Positions 23,076 through 35,545 of a DNA stretch of 64,000 nt are shown piece after piece. Positions within the stretch are counted from its first letter, which is position 1. Each line of letters opens with the position of its first letter. Made by a program: the position numbers and the translations under genes. The notes under the pieces are model-generated. The model saw nothing but the letters and a program-made list of their open reading frames with translations. It was not told the DNA's origin and searched no databases. Origin of the DNA: Raja brachyura (lineage: Eukaryota); NCBI GenBank assembly GCA_963514005.1, contig OY740814.1, forward strand, positions 11,222,001 through 11,286,000. Reading direction: 5' to 3'.

Positions 23076-25016
23076 GGGTTTACCATTTCTTCATATTATA
23101 CTCATTACATTAATATTATACTCTATTTCTACAGACGTATGTTTTTGGAATAACCTCCAACTTATCCTTTAGCTTCCAAAGATTTGTATGTGTGTGTCTG
23201 TATCTCGTCCCGTCTCTCTGTTTCTACACCCCCTTTAACAATGTGCCATTCAGTATATATTAGTCTCCCTGACTCTTCCTCGCAAAATGCATTACTTCAC
23301 ACTTCTCTGCTTTTAATTTTATCTCCCATGTGTTTGAGCGGTCTGTCGATGTCCTCCTGAAATCTGTTGCTGCCTTCCTAACACGTTCTTATTTTGAGAA
23401 GAGTGTGGGTTTCTGATACAGTGTGCGGGGAACCGTCGCTGAACAATGGATTCAAGCTGTCCAAGTCAGTTGGTGTGTTTCTGCCTCGATCACTACTTTC
23501 GAAACTTGGCAACCATGCATCAGTGCAGGCTGCTGCCAGGGCTGTTGCTGGCATCAGTCGCTGGCAAACCTCCTGCCTCCTTCACAGTGCCTACCTCCGT
23601 CAGCTCAATCTGATGTCAAGTACGATCGTGTGTTTTATTCAAGGTTAACAGATTCCGGGATATGTGACATTATGTGAGAACATTGTTTGTATATAAGTTG
23701 GAGAGTACCACCCGTTTTTTTTTGTATGTTAGATTTGCTCTATGAATTTTATTCTGATCTTGTTGTCGCACATCTATTTCATCCAAGGTCCATTGCCTTG
23801 GGCTTTAGCAATGCAAGGCAATTAGTCAATGTCTCTGTTGCTCCCTTGGTGACTGAGTGGACAATGTAATGCGTGCAAGAAGAGCAAGAAGGAGAGTAAT
23901 CCACTGACGTAATGTTAGCTGAGATACAGATGGGCTTGTGGGTAGGGGTGGGGTGTGGAGAGGCGCACAACTTGATTTAAAATTTATTGGCCCTTCCTGT
24001 CCTGACTTGGGTTGTTTTCTGTTCAGTTTTATGCTCAGAAGCCAGCTGCAAACAATTCCATTTGGTTCCCTCCCCCCCCCCGGAGGATCTAAGGTTACCC
24101 TCTGGAATGGGCGTTTGAGGGCGGGACTGGAAGTTTGCTGATCAGACATGATTGAATACAAAGGAAGAGAAACATAGTGACAACAAATATCGCTGTACTT
24201 CCACTGTACATACAACTTCAAGTTATCTCTTCCCAGAACCAGTGGTGCAAAATTGTAAAAGTTGAAATGAGTAAAGAGCGTAATAGCCATTAGAAATAAA
24301 ATGCTAAACTTGGGAGTCAATTTCAATGGTTCCAAATTTGATTCTGGAACTGCTAATGAATGGACCAATAAAAGCATTGACATGCACACCAGAACACATT
24401 GCCTCACTCACACGCACGCACATCCAGAGACACACAGATCCCATCACTTCATCGGGTGATTGTGGCTAATTAAAAAATTAACCATGTGGAAAACAATTGG
24501 AAGGAAAACATGCATCAGGTCATTTTGGAAGCATCTTTAGTTGGGCTGAAAATATCAAATCGCAGACTCGTTAATAGTGTGCTCCAAATTTACTCATATT
24601 TTAGAAATCTTGGCTTAGCACCAGGGAATTTCAAGGAACGGGAATTATTCCAAGAACTGAATCCTTTGCACTACACTATAATTTCTGACATAGGGCAACT
24701 TTTCATTAAGGTTTTGGAAGAGGACAAAAATGTGACATGATTTAAGTTTAGAGCTGCTATCTATTCTGATTAGTTTGAGTTGATTCTGCTTTCTCTTTGC
24801 GGTGTGTGCCCTCTTCGCAGATTACAGATTTCCAGATTTTGCTTGTCTGTACCAATTAAATTCACTGTCATATGCCATGCGCCAAACCCTCCTGTGAATA
24901 CTGCTCCAAATCATCCTTCAGTCTTTCTCCAGCAGTCTTGCTTGTCGACTGTAGTTGAAAACGTTTCTAGGAAAAGTAATTGAATTCAAATTAAATTCAT
25001 TCTTTCTTTATTGCAG

Positions 25017-25091
25017 GATTAATTGTTACAATGCCTTAAATGTCCAGAGTCCCTTCGGAGGATTTAAAATGTCTGGCAATGGTCGAGAAAT
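25017..25091 (+). CDS. ALDH1A2: ALDH1A2 coding exon 12-equivalent (75 bp), absent from the ORF track
   Basis: ttgcag| acceptor, at|gtaagt donor. Encodes (W)[24 protein letters not shown](M). Confidence 0.96.
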
Positions 25092-25301
25092 GTAAGTAGG
25101 TTTATAGACTCAGATTTCAGAACACCGAGTTTCTCACCAAAGTGTGCTGTTGAATTTCTGCAGCCACGTCCTCTGCTAAACGTAAAAAATTAAACAATGG
25201 GAAAATCTTAAACTATGGAAACATTTCAAATATTTTTCTTAATACTGTTAATCGCATTAACTCAGCCACTCTGGTGATGCAAAATGGGTTTGTATTTGCA
25301 G

Positions 25302-25374
25302 GGGAGAATATGGACTAAAGGAATACACTGAAATCAAAACCGTGACCGTCAAAATCCAACAGAAGAATTCTTAA
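25302..25374 (+). CDS. ALDH1A2: ALDH1A2 terminal coding exon (73 bp including TAA)
   Basis: tttgcag| acceptor. Encodes (M)GEYGLKEYTEIKTVTVKIQQKNS* with TAA at 25372-25374, the ALDH1/2-type C-terminus QKNS. Confidence 0.96.
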
Positions 25375-26154
25375 GAGAGCTTCGAGGCCAGACTTGGCCA
25401 TGGACACAGTGAATCCTCTCATTTACCAGCAAGACAAACACACACAACAGTGGTTGTGCCGAATATGGTTGAAGCTTTATCTTATAAAATGTAAAAAAAT
25501 ATATACTAGTGAATGTATATGTACCACAAATACTGTGTATTTGAAGAAAATACAATAATCTCAGCAAATTCCCCCCGAGTGCATTCATTATATGGTTCCC
25601 CTTTGATCAATTTTAGTCAAGTAATCTGTAGTTGGTGGGGCCTTGTCAGACCATGGACCCATACAACACTGGGAGCTGCCGGACAAATTCTTATTTCGTT
25701 TCCATCGAGCTGTGACTTGCCACGGAGGGTAAACAGTGCCTGTTGAAAATGAGAGTGTGTCCTCTGATGCCAGGTGGGTTGCTGGGAGCAGCCCAGAGGT
25801 AAGTGAGGGTGAGGTTAGCGGGTGGCATCCGCCACCTTTGCTCTTCCGTAAAAAGTGGGAACAGCCTAAGCGAAGAGAACCACTTGAACTCTGGAAGATC
25901 TCCGAGCGGTTTTGTCAGCAGCCCAGATACCAACATCTAGTGGTGGTTTGCTTCAGCCCACTGGCCATTCCTCACAGACCCTGCCTGCGATGACAAAGTT
26001 ACTGAGAGCTGGAAGTCTGCTCAACACTATAGCGAGCTCAGACCGGGAACTCAACTTCTCAACTCATGAAAGCCAATTGTTGCTTTTCTCTGGAAAAGAC
26101 AAGGAGACCGAGAGAATCCGGAGCCAGGGAAGGGGTGTGTTACAGGGAGGGAGA

Positions 26155-26330
26155 TCTAGAAACATAGAAAATAGGTGCAGGAGAATGCCATTCGGCCATT
26201 CGAGCCAGCAACGTAATTCAATATGATCACGGCTGATCATCCAGAATCAGTACCCCTGCTGCCTCCCCTTATCCTTTGATTCCGTTAGCCCTAAGAGCTA
26301 TATCTAACACTCTTTTGAAAACATCCAGTT
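26155..26330 (-). mobile_element. CR1-type LINE tail in the putative 3'UTR
   Basis: tagaaacatagaaaataggtgcaggag...ccctaagagctatatctaac. Confidence 0.85.
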
Positions 26331-27504
26331 TAGGGTAGAACTGGACCCACCAGGGTTCAGCTGCCACCCATCTCCTGGAGATGTTGGAAGTGATCCATCT
26401 CCTTGCATGACTGGAGTCGTGCCTTAAGCTGCGTCTGCCCTTGCACCCCCATGTGTCCACTTGGAGTTTGTAAATGCTGCAGTTGTTGGTCCCAGTTCGA
26501 TCGGCAGCCTTGTGTTTAGTTTAAATATACTTTTCCATAAACGTAGTACTTGCAACAGAGAAACAGGCTCAGCCTCGCAGTTGCATTGGTGAGCTTATGT
26601 CCCACTTGAGACCCCCTCTGCCACTGCCCCTCACACGGTGGTTTCATGCTTGTATCCCTTGCCATGCTGTGCTGACTAAAGATGTCTCTGTCACTGGGCT
26701 GAACAACTCCCTGTGGTCACAAATTGATCAACCTAAAGAACTAAAGGTCGAGTCACCTTTTCAATCCGCAGCATGTTCAAATGTCCCTGCCTGCTGCAGC
26801 CCCCCTGTTCTGATATCACTCTGAGACCGTATCCTTGCACTGTTTGTCGTCGATGGTGCAGGCGGGTTCTGAGGCTGGCTCTGGCTCTCTCATGTCAGGC
26901 GGGCGGCTCAGCCACAGAGTAATCGTGTGAATGGCCGTCCACTGTGTGCAAAGAGGCTCCACCGCTGGCCTGTACTCAAGTTCAGTGTGAGTCTGAGCTA
27001 AGACTGCTGCTTCCCACCTCACCCACACCTCGCCTCAGTGTTCGGACAGCATTTTTCTGTGTCTGACAGCAGGCAAACGATAGTAAATTGTTGGCTTTCT
27101 TTGTAACACGTCGCCAAGCGGCAAAGAGGTGGTAATGGGAGACACATACTAATTATCACCAGGTTAAATAAAATCCAATAATTCCACCGTGCCCAGTAAC
27201 AGTGAGGTTCATCGCACGCAAAAACATAAGATGCAAACACTGAAGCGTTTCATACACTGTTACTTCCAATGAAGTATTCTCCGCTTGTACAACTTTAAAC
27301 ATATCGCCTGGAAAACCATCCAACCATCATTTACTTATGGAGTTTCAATGAGCAGCCCATGTGTCATGCCACCAAGCCCCAGGCCGCACCTCACCAAGGC
27401 ATTGCCTTTTGTGAACTTGTTCAGCAATTGTATGCACTCACCTCTGATGGGTACATTACAATTCATCACCTGTTTGCAGCATTCACCTCTAATCAGCATT
27501 ATAG

Positions 27505-27670
27505 AGGCATAGAACCAAACAGCACAGAAACCAGCCTCTCAGCTCAGCTTCCCTATGCCAACCAAGCTGCCCCATCTATGCTAGTCCCACCTGCCTGCGT
27601 TCAGCCCGTATCCCTCTAAACCTACCCTGTCCATGAACCTGCCTAAATGTCTTTTGAATGTTGTTGTAGT
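27505..27670 (-). mobile_element. CR1-type LINE tail in the putative 3'UTR
   Basis: atagaaccaaacagcacagaaacc...ctagtcccacctgcctgcg...aaatgtcttttgaatg. Confidence 0.75.
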
Positions 27671-29013
27671 GAAAGTAGTGCATGATTCTATACTTTCTCC
27701 AAGGACAAGGTTTATGTTAAAACGATGATTCCTTCAGAAACATGCCACATTCTCTTTCAGTATAGTCTGTGATATTGTGATGTTGGTGATTAAACATTGC
27801 TTTGCCACATAGAATAAAACCCAGGCCTTGGAAAGCTCAACGCCTTTGAATGACGCATCCTAAGCAACACACAGTACCCCAGTCACCCAACTCTGTGCCA
27901 GATACCAAGCATTCATTAAATCAATTGTTCTACTTGGGCCACAACAATATATATCAACACCCCTTATAAATTACTATGGAACAGGACTATGGCTCTGTTG
28001 CTTGTGCTAAATGTGTATTCTAATCCCAACCACATGACTGTACTCTGCTACTTCAATGGAATTTCTGTCACTGGGTTGTTGAACAACAAAGGTTAAATAA
28101 TGAGACAACGTGCAGCACATATAGAAATAAAGCTTCCGAATCAATGCAGAACCTGAAATAAGAGCCAAAAACAAAATCACCATAACAACATAATATATGA
28201 TATGAAATGGGACCATACCAAAGTACTCAGAAACATGACTCTGCTTTAAATAGATCACTTTAATTATTGATGATTTTATCTCAATAAGTATATAGCCATA
28301 GGACATTGCTCAATCCTATATTTTATCCAAAAACGTTGGGAAATAAGAGCAAGGTCCTCGATTTTATTGCACCTGCTCTGCCATCGAATTAATGTCTTGC
28401 CTGAATTTACACATTAACTCCTAATTCCATGTCTACTGATTCTGTTGATGCTACAAAATGGATCGCCCCAAGTATTACACACCCACAGCCATCCGGAATA
28501 GAGAACTTCTCATCACAGTCCTAAGTGGGTGAGCTCTTTCCTGATGCTATGGCCTTGGTTCTAGACTCTCCAACTCTCACCATCTACCCGGCCAAACCAT
28601 CTGAAAATCTCAATGAGGTTACCTTGCACCATCTCCAGAAACCCCAGCTGTTAAAAAGCCGGTTAACATGCCAATTAAAACAATGAACGGGGGAATTTTA
28701 TGTAAATTCATATACATCTGTTAATAAAACTGTGATTTAAAGGATATTGTGCTTTTGACATATTTTGTTGTTTTGCTATAATCGCAAGGAATGTTAATCT
28801 AATATTTTATTTCATACCTTTCGCTGCGCTCATATGAAAGCTGAGCATTAATTTTGCGAAGTTTCACCATTTGTGTCTATTAGTTTCTCTATTTTAAGTC
28901 ACCTATGGTTGATGTCACAACAAAAGCAATAATGTGTAAATCCGTAAACTTTTATACACTGATTGAATGACTGCAACTTTCTTTTTGTTAACTGTATTGC
29001 AGTTTTGAAATCA

Positions 29014-29074
29014 TGTATATACAATTATGTACTATGAATATATAAATTTATTTTCTATGCTGTTTTTCATTAAA
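29014..29074 (+). promoter_or_regulatory. Candidate Pumilio element (TGTATATA) and ATTAAA poly(A) signal
   Basis: TGTATATA at 29014-29021 matches UGUAHAUA. ATTAAA lies at 29069-29074 in an AU-rich context. Confidence 0.4.
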
Positions 29075-30184
29075 AAAAACCCCAAGATACATTTGGTATC
29101 GGAGTGTTAAAATTATGTGAAAGCAATTCGCCTAAAAATGTGACAATGCTTTAGAACAGAAATCAATTGAGTTCTATTGGTTGTGACTAATCCAATATAA
29201 ATACTCCTCTTACGGGAGATAGGACTCCAGTGTCTGATTCAAACCTATTTCCCTTTACCCGACCTGTGTGCATTAAAGGAAGAGAGCAGTTTTGAATGTG
29301 GAGACTATTGTAGATATTATTCACTATATGCTTATTAAATACAGAGTTTGGTGGTTAGATCTTCCATCTCTCCTTCCCCCAGAACTATAATTCAATGAAA
29401 GTGTAATGGGTGCACTTAGTTCTGGCAACTGCATACCGAACACCAAGCTCTGAGCCCCTGTCACATTTAATCCCCATGAGCAACTTATGATTACATTTTC
29501 AGATTGGATCCTTCCCTCCGGCTAAATATTATTAATAATTTTTATTGCAATGTATTAAAATCCATTAACTGCTCAATATCTTAACTTTTATCATGCTAGA
29601 AGTGAAGTGCAAATAATGTAAGCATAGAAAAGCCTGCATAAATATTTGGTTATTTGAGTATACCCAGAAATAGAACTGAACATTTTAGCAATTCATCCTG
29701 CAGCTAATAAAGGTTTTGTTTTGTTAAGATATCTGTGATCAGTCATTGTTATTTTCAATAAGTTGTGAAATGGAAAATGTTTGCATGCCTGTTTGGATAG
29801 CAGATGTAATGAGATCAGAATGATAATAGTTTACCTGTGTGGTTTGTTAAGAAAAGGCCTGTTGATCCTATTACAGTAATCGTGAATAGAACAGTTCATC
29901 TTAATCCAGAGAGATTTTTAAACTCCCTGATGCTACATCTAAATGTCTCCTAAGTGCTCCCAGAGCTTCCACTTCCACCATACTTTGTGGATGCTTATAT
30001 CACATAATTCATCCTGTGTAAAGAATAAAGAAAATTCACCTGTTCCTCTTTGACACCTGTATACCCTGTTGTACTCTTGCAGTTCAAAATAACTTCTTGA
30101 GTTTACTTTATATCAGCGATCTAACGCACTCTATAAAAACACACATCTAAAATCAGTGTTTTAGAAGATTATCCTCTGTTCTAA

Positions 30185-30525
30185 GGTCATACGATCATGT
30201 GATTGGTGCGTCATTAGACCATTCGGCCCATCGAGTCTGCTCTGCCATTCATTCATGGCTGATCTATCTCTTCCTCCTAACCCCATCCCCATACTCCTGC
30301 CTTCTCCCCGTAACCCCTCACACCCGTACTAAAAAAGAATCTATCGATCTCTGCCTTAAAAATATCCATTGACTTGGCTTCCACAGCCTTCTGTCGCAAA
30401 CAATTCCACAGATTCACCACCCTCTGACTAAAGAAATTCCTTCTCGCCTCCTTCCTAAAGGAGCATCCTTTAATTCTGAGACTATGACTTCTAGTCCTAT
30501 ATTTCTCCCACTAGTGGAAACATCG
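30185..30525 (-). mobile_element. CR1-type LINE 3' fragment
   Basis: ccattcggcccatcgagtc...ttccacagattcaccaccctctg...cccactagtggaaacatc. Confidence 0.87.
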
Positions 30526-31035
30526 AGTCTAGATGCAAACATTCTAGATGCTAAGCACACTTCTTTACATTGATGTTGAGTGTTTGCATTAGGGATTGAA
30601 TTTCCACCTTAGGTCTCTCCCTGTTTTTTCATAACAGACTCTGGAGCAGGTGAACATCTGAAGCAGAAATCTCCGTTGCTCTGTTTTCTTCGCTGTGCTT
30701 GCAGCATTTGAATGTTCCTCTTGAACCTTAAAGAAATGTGATATTCCAGGTGCCGCTTCACCACAGCATTATAAAACTTGATAACTCTTATTTTCTATTC
30801 ACTTATTGTTGAATCGTTGGTTGACCGCAGCTCTACAATGGCTGAACACGTTTGTGTTGACTCTCCTTGGAGCCCTGGGTTTCTTCCAGCTTTGCGTTGA
30901 ACCAACAAACAATATAGGTTGACACAAACAACTGGCGATGCTGGGATCTTGAGGAAAAAATAAAATTCTGGAGGAACTCAGCGGGACAGGCAGCATCTCT
31001 GGAGGGCATTGATTGGCCAATGTTCTGGTTGGGAC

Positions 31036-31432
31036 CAAAGATCCTATAGCGGAGCAAGATAGATCACTCCTTCTAAATGCAATGGATGACGTGTAGTACG
31101 CAATGGAACGGAACATGGGTCTTTTTTCATCCATTTGCGTAAACCTGACCCGACCGGACCCGACTCGCAATGTAATCAACGTTGCAGGTGGACAGTTTGT
31201 GTTACAAAACTAAAATTCTGAAAATGAGGAGAAGATTTTTACTAAATAACTAGTTATCTTTGCTCCGTTATGGGATCTTTGGTGCGGAGACGGAAGTTGG
31301 CTACGGAAATGGGGCCTTAAATTACCCATGAATCTGCCCATGACCGTACTACGTGTTTTTCGTCGAGTGACCTATCTTGCTTCAGATTCAGATTCAGATT
31401 CAGATTCAGATTTGCTTGCTATAGGATCTTTG
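31036..31432. mobile_element. Non-autonomous DNA transposon with 8-bp TSD (P- or hAT-like)
   Basis: TIR caaagatcctatagc...gctataggatctttg. Perfect TSD gttgggac at 31028-31035 and 31433-31440. Confidence 0.88.
31381..31411. repeat. (TTCAGA)5 microsatellite inside the right TIR
   Basis: ttcagattcagattcagattcagattcagat, flanked by ttgct on both sides. Confidence 0.9.
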
Positions 31433-33029
31433 GTTGGGACTATTCTTCAAGATTGATGGGGGGGGGGGGGGGGAAGCTGGAAGAGAGGTGGAGGCAGGAC
31501 TAAGCCAGGCAAGTGACAGCCGGATTGGTAGATGGGAGGACAAAGGTCAGAGGAATATAGGAGACAAAAGGCTGTGTGATATATAATGTTTTGATGTGAC
31601 ACCATGACTTTGTGATGAAGCCCACACAAGTCCTTGTGATAACGGCAGATTAATAAAGCAGTGATGGGGTGATGATGGTAATACTCAGTTATTCATTGGA
31701 AGGAGACACAAGAGACTGTAGATGCAGAACACCAAGTGCTGGATTCTGAAGAAAGGTCCCACCCCAGGGTGTGGGATATGTGTGCCAGTATATGATCCTA
31801 TAACACTGGCATTCCGCCAACTTGTGCCATGACCCCACTCATCTGCAACATATGACACTCCTTACTTTAGAGTCACTTTGCAACGAACATCTGAATCTCT
31901 TCGTAAAGGAAGTCAAATAGTGTGGAAGCGGACTAAACATTCTCAGAGGCCAGGAATTGAAGGATGCAGGGGGAATCAGCAGATTGAGAATGATTCGGAT
32001 GTGCGATAGAATCTGGATCACTGACCTAAAACCAGAAGACAGTCTTTCACTTTTATTTACTCCTGACTTGGATCTTAAAACCCCATCTCCCTATGACTAG
32101 AATACAATGTACAGGAGTAACTCAGAAGGTCAGGCAGCATCTCTGGAGGACATGATAGGCAAAGTTTCAGGTCAAGACCCTTCTCCAAACTCCAGCACTT
32201 TGTGTTCTAAGCAGGGCTCCAGCATCACCAGTTCCTTATGCCTCCTACCAATACATAACTGTGTATTAACATCATCATTAACCTCATTACTGCTCAATTA
32301 ATCTGCCTCTTCACTAGGACTTGTGCCGGCTTCATCAATAAGCCACGGTGTCACATTTTAAAATGATTACCATGTTCAAAGCTGAAATTTGTCCAGGCTC
32401 CACGAAGTCAAAGGGAAATAATGCTGCACCGTTTTGTAGGTTCTGGGATTTGCATTGAATTTTCTCGAAAGAAAGCATGACAAAAAGAACCAAACTGGAA
32501 TCATCAATTCTTGCTGATTTATTCACCCTCTGGGACTTCACGCGCGTTTGGCGGCCAGCACTGACCGTGCGAGCTGCCATCTGTACTCATTTCCACAGAT
32601 TTGGCCTAATTGAAGTCAGTGGAAGCAAATGTTGGGCGGCAAATGGATCGCTAAATGCAAACCGCTCCCCAATAGACTTACTTTGATTCTTTCAAATCCT
32701 CTGCAATCGAAAATATTCGGTGAACCTTTGTAACTTTGTCTGTGCCAAAATGGGGCGACGTTTGTGTACTGCCTAGGTGTACTGCAATTCCCCGTTATCA
32801 TCTCCGGATCAATGAATCGTTGGGGAAATATTTCCCCACTGCCTAGATGGGTGCAAATCCAACGACATTCGAGAAGCTTAAGACTGCTCAGGGCACAACA
32901 GTCCACTTGGTCAGTAGACCATTCTTCTTCCAAAACATTCACTCCCTCCACCACTGCATGGAGGGATGACGTGGAAAACCAAAAAGCTTCATGCAGGAAA
33001 CGTTCTCGAGGATTATAGATTCCAACACG

Positions 33030-33610
33030 TGGAGATGGCATGTGTTCTCTTGCCATTATCTTTGGTGATTATTGTCGTATGCACCAAGATACTGTGAAAA
33101 ACTTTATTTAGCGTGCTATCCAGGCAAACCATGGATGAGTACAGCAGGCTGGGTAAAAAGGGAAAATAAACAGAATGCAGAATAGTGTTTACAGCTGCAG
33201 TTCAAGAACTGCAACAAGATAGATTGGGAGATAGGGAAAACATCTGCAGCCTTTGAGAGGTCACTCCGTGAGACTGATAACTGCTGGGAAGAAGCTTTCT
33301 TGAATCTAGTGATGTGCGCTATCAAGATTTTTTACCGTCTACCCCACGGGAGAGGGGAGAATAGGGAATGGCCAGAGTGTGACTGGTCCTCAATTATGTT
33401 GGCTGCTTTTCTGAGACAGCGTGAAGTGTAGATGCAGTTGACTGAGGGGTGGGTGGGTGGGGGAGGAAAGGTTGGTTTATGTGATGAACTGAGCTGAGTT
33501 CACAACTCTGTGCCATTTCTTGAGATCCTGGGCAGAACAGTTGTCAAAGTAAGTTGCGATGTATCCAGATTGGATACTTTCTATGGTGCATCTGTTGAAA
33601 TTGGTACAGA
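33030..33610 (-). mobile_element. Rex1/Babar-like LINE fragment
   Basis: gactgataactgctgggaagaagctttcttgaatctagtg...cacaactctgtgccatttcttg...ctttctatggtgcatctgt. Confidence 0.65.
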
Positions 33611-33872
33611 TTCCATATTCCATATTCTTCCATGCAGAGAATCTGCCTGTCCCACTGAGTTACTCCAATGAATCGTTGAAAGCACAATAAGGAAAAGGAT
33701 GAGATTGAAAAAATAAAGCTCGAGAAAAATAAGTAGGCAGTGAGTGACTTCTCAAAGCCTTACCACCATCAACAGGTTGATATGGGAATTATTTCCCCAC
33801 TGCCTAGATGGGAGCAAATCCAATGACATTTGAGAAGCTTAAGACTGCTCAGGGCACTTGGTCATTGGAGAC

Positions 33873-33944
33873 ATAAGATCTTTCCAGATTCTTCAATCCA
33901 GAGATACTGCCTGTCCCACTGAGTTACTCCAGCATTTTGTGCCT
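33873..33944 (+). mobile_element. Short Penelope-derived insert, 12-bp TSD
   Basis: TSD gtcattggagac at 33861-33872 and 33945-33956. Confidence 0.75.
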
Positions 33945-35302
33945 GTCATTGGAGACTTGTCGAATTTCCTTCCCCAACTCTTCTAAGGAAGTAGAGTTGG
34001 CATCTAATTGGAGGGATCAGAGTCACGTGTTTATCCCAGCGGCCAAGATCGTGTGCAGTGCACATGTTGTGGTGCCATTAATAACGCAGCTGAAGCTGGC
34101 AACACCTCAGCTTCAGGTGAATTGTGCTCAGGCCACTTTCCCGATTGATGCAATTTCACCTGGAAATAATCACCAGTATAACCTAATCCAGAAAGAAACA
34201 GCTTTAACACCTTGGATAGCCACTGCCTTCTACGTCTGTGCTGAATTCATTGCCTATGACCGTCTGCTGTTCCTGACTTTCCCCTCGCTTTTTGCTCCCC
34301 CCCCCCCCCCCGCCCTTTAATTTACATTACAAATCAATGTAATTTGTTTTTTGGCTGTGCCTAAATCACGCGCATAAACGGTGAACGAGAGATATCTGCA
34401 CGGCTCCCCCCAAGCACGTGGGCGAACCTGAGCCACAATGGAAACGTGAATTTATTTCCGTCCCTCACTCCCCATCCTTTAGTCGTCTAAACAGTGACAT
34501 TCCTTTCGAAAATCCGTCTTCATTTGTGCTTCTCTTGGACAGACATTTATCAAATTCCTTTCAAAAGTGCATATAAACAATATTCACCGCATTCTCCATA
34601 CCTCTGATTTCCTTTACAAATCCACGTGGACTGGCCCTGATTAGCCCATGCCTTTCCAAGAATTCATTAAGAGCAATGTGTTGGCACGCACCCAGGGAGC
34701 TGCTGTGTATCAAGCACCGGCTCACTGAGTCCCTGGGCATCCAGACCTGGGGCTTAGTGTGTGCCCCCTGCACCCAACACAAACAACACTGAGCTGGCGA
34801 ACAACGCGGTGCTGGCTCGAAGGGCCGAATGGCCTACTCCTGCACCTATTGTCTATTGTCCTACCTCAGGCTCTGCGCAAAACCTTGGTCCAAATGATAA
34901 GTCGTTATCAGGAGGTACGAAGAGCACCAATGTCAACCACATGTCAACAGATGCCGATCGGCAGCCCTGCTACCTTCACTTAGATTCTTGTTAAAGTTAC
35001 ATTGTTGTTATTGGTTGTATCTCTTAGCAACTGATGGTGTTTGCATTTGTTAGACCAAGTTATGGAAGGTTGTTGGATTGTACTTTCAATGCTACTTGCA
35101 GCTGTCCTGTAGCCCGTCTAGTGGCGGGAAACTCTTCACCGGTCAGCCACGGATATCACCGTTCACTTGTGTGGGGACCGGTGCGGAGGCCGCTGCTGCG
35201 CACTTTCAGCCACAACTTTACACTGACCCTCACCTGTCAAAGCCCAGTGTGCCTGCCTGCTTCCTGTCAAAGTCATTTCCTGGCATGGAGATTCCTGAGG
35301 GT

Positions 35303-35545
35303 AGATGGCGCAGTGGCACAGCTGGTAGAGCTGCTGTCCCACAGCGCCTTAGACCCAGGTTTGATCCTGATCTTGGGTGCTGTCTGTGCGGAGTTTGCAC
35401 GTTCTCCCTGTGACTGCGTGGATGGCCTCCGGGTGCTCCGATTTCCTCCCACATCCCAAAGACGTGCATGTTTGTAGTTTAATTGGCTACTGTAAATTGC
35501 CCCTAGTGGGATAACATCAAACCAGCGATGGTTGGCATGGACTCC
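35303..35545 (+). mobile_element. V-SINE (HE1-like)
   Basis: tRNA-like head and V-domain gtctgtgcggagtttgcacgttctccctgtgactgcgtgg. Confidence 0.87.

Larger units (their letters stand above)
25375..29095 (+). other. ALDH1A2: Probable long ALDH1A2 3'UTR (end uncertain)
   Basis: Follows the stop codon. Candidate poly(A) signals are AATAAA 27813-27818, AATAAA 28723-28728 and ATTAAA 29069-29074. The AU-rich, repeat-free block 28670-29090 resembles a vertebrate mRNA terminus. Confidence 0.45.
30918..31580 (-). mobile_element. Penelope 3' end interrupted by a DNA transposon
   Basis: ctggaggaactcagcgggacaggcagcatctctggag...gttgggac[insert]tattcttcaag, followed by a G-rich UTR. Confidence 0.7.

Noticed and set aside
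986-25374. Assignment to ALDH1A1, ALDH1A3 or ALDH2
   Set aside because: Diagnostic strings ([61 protein letters not shown]) match ALDH1A2 best from memory. A phylogeny would confirm this.
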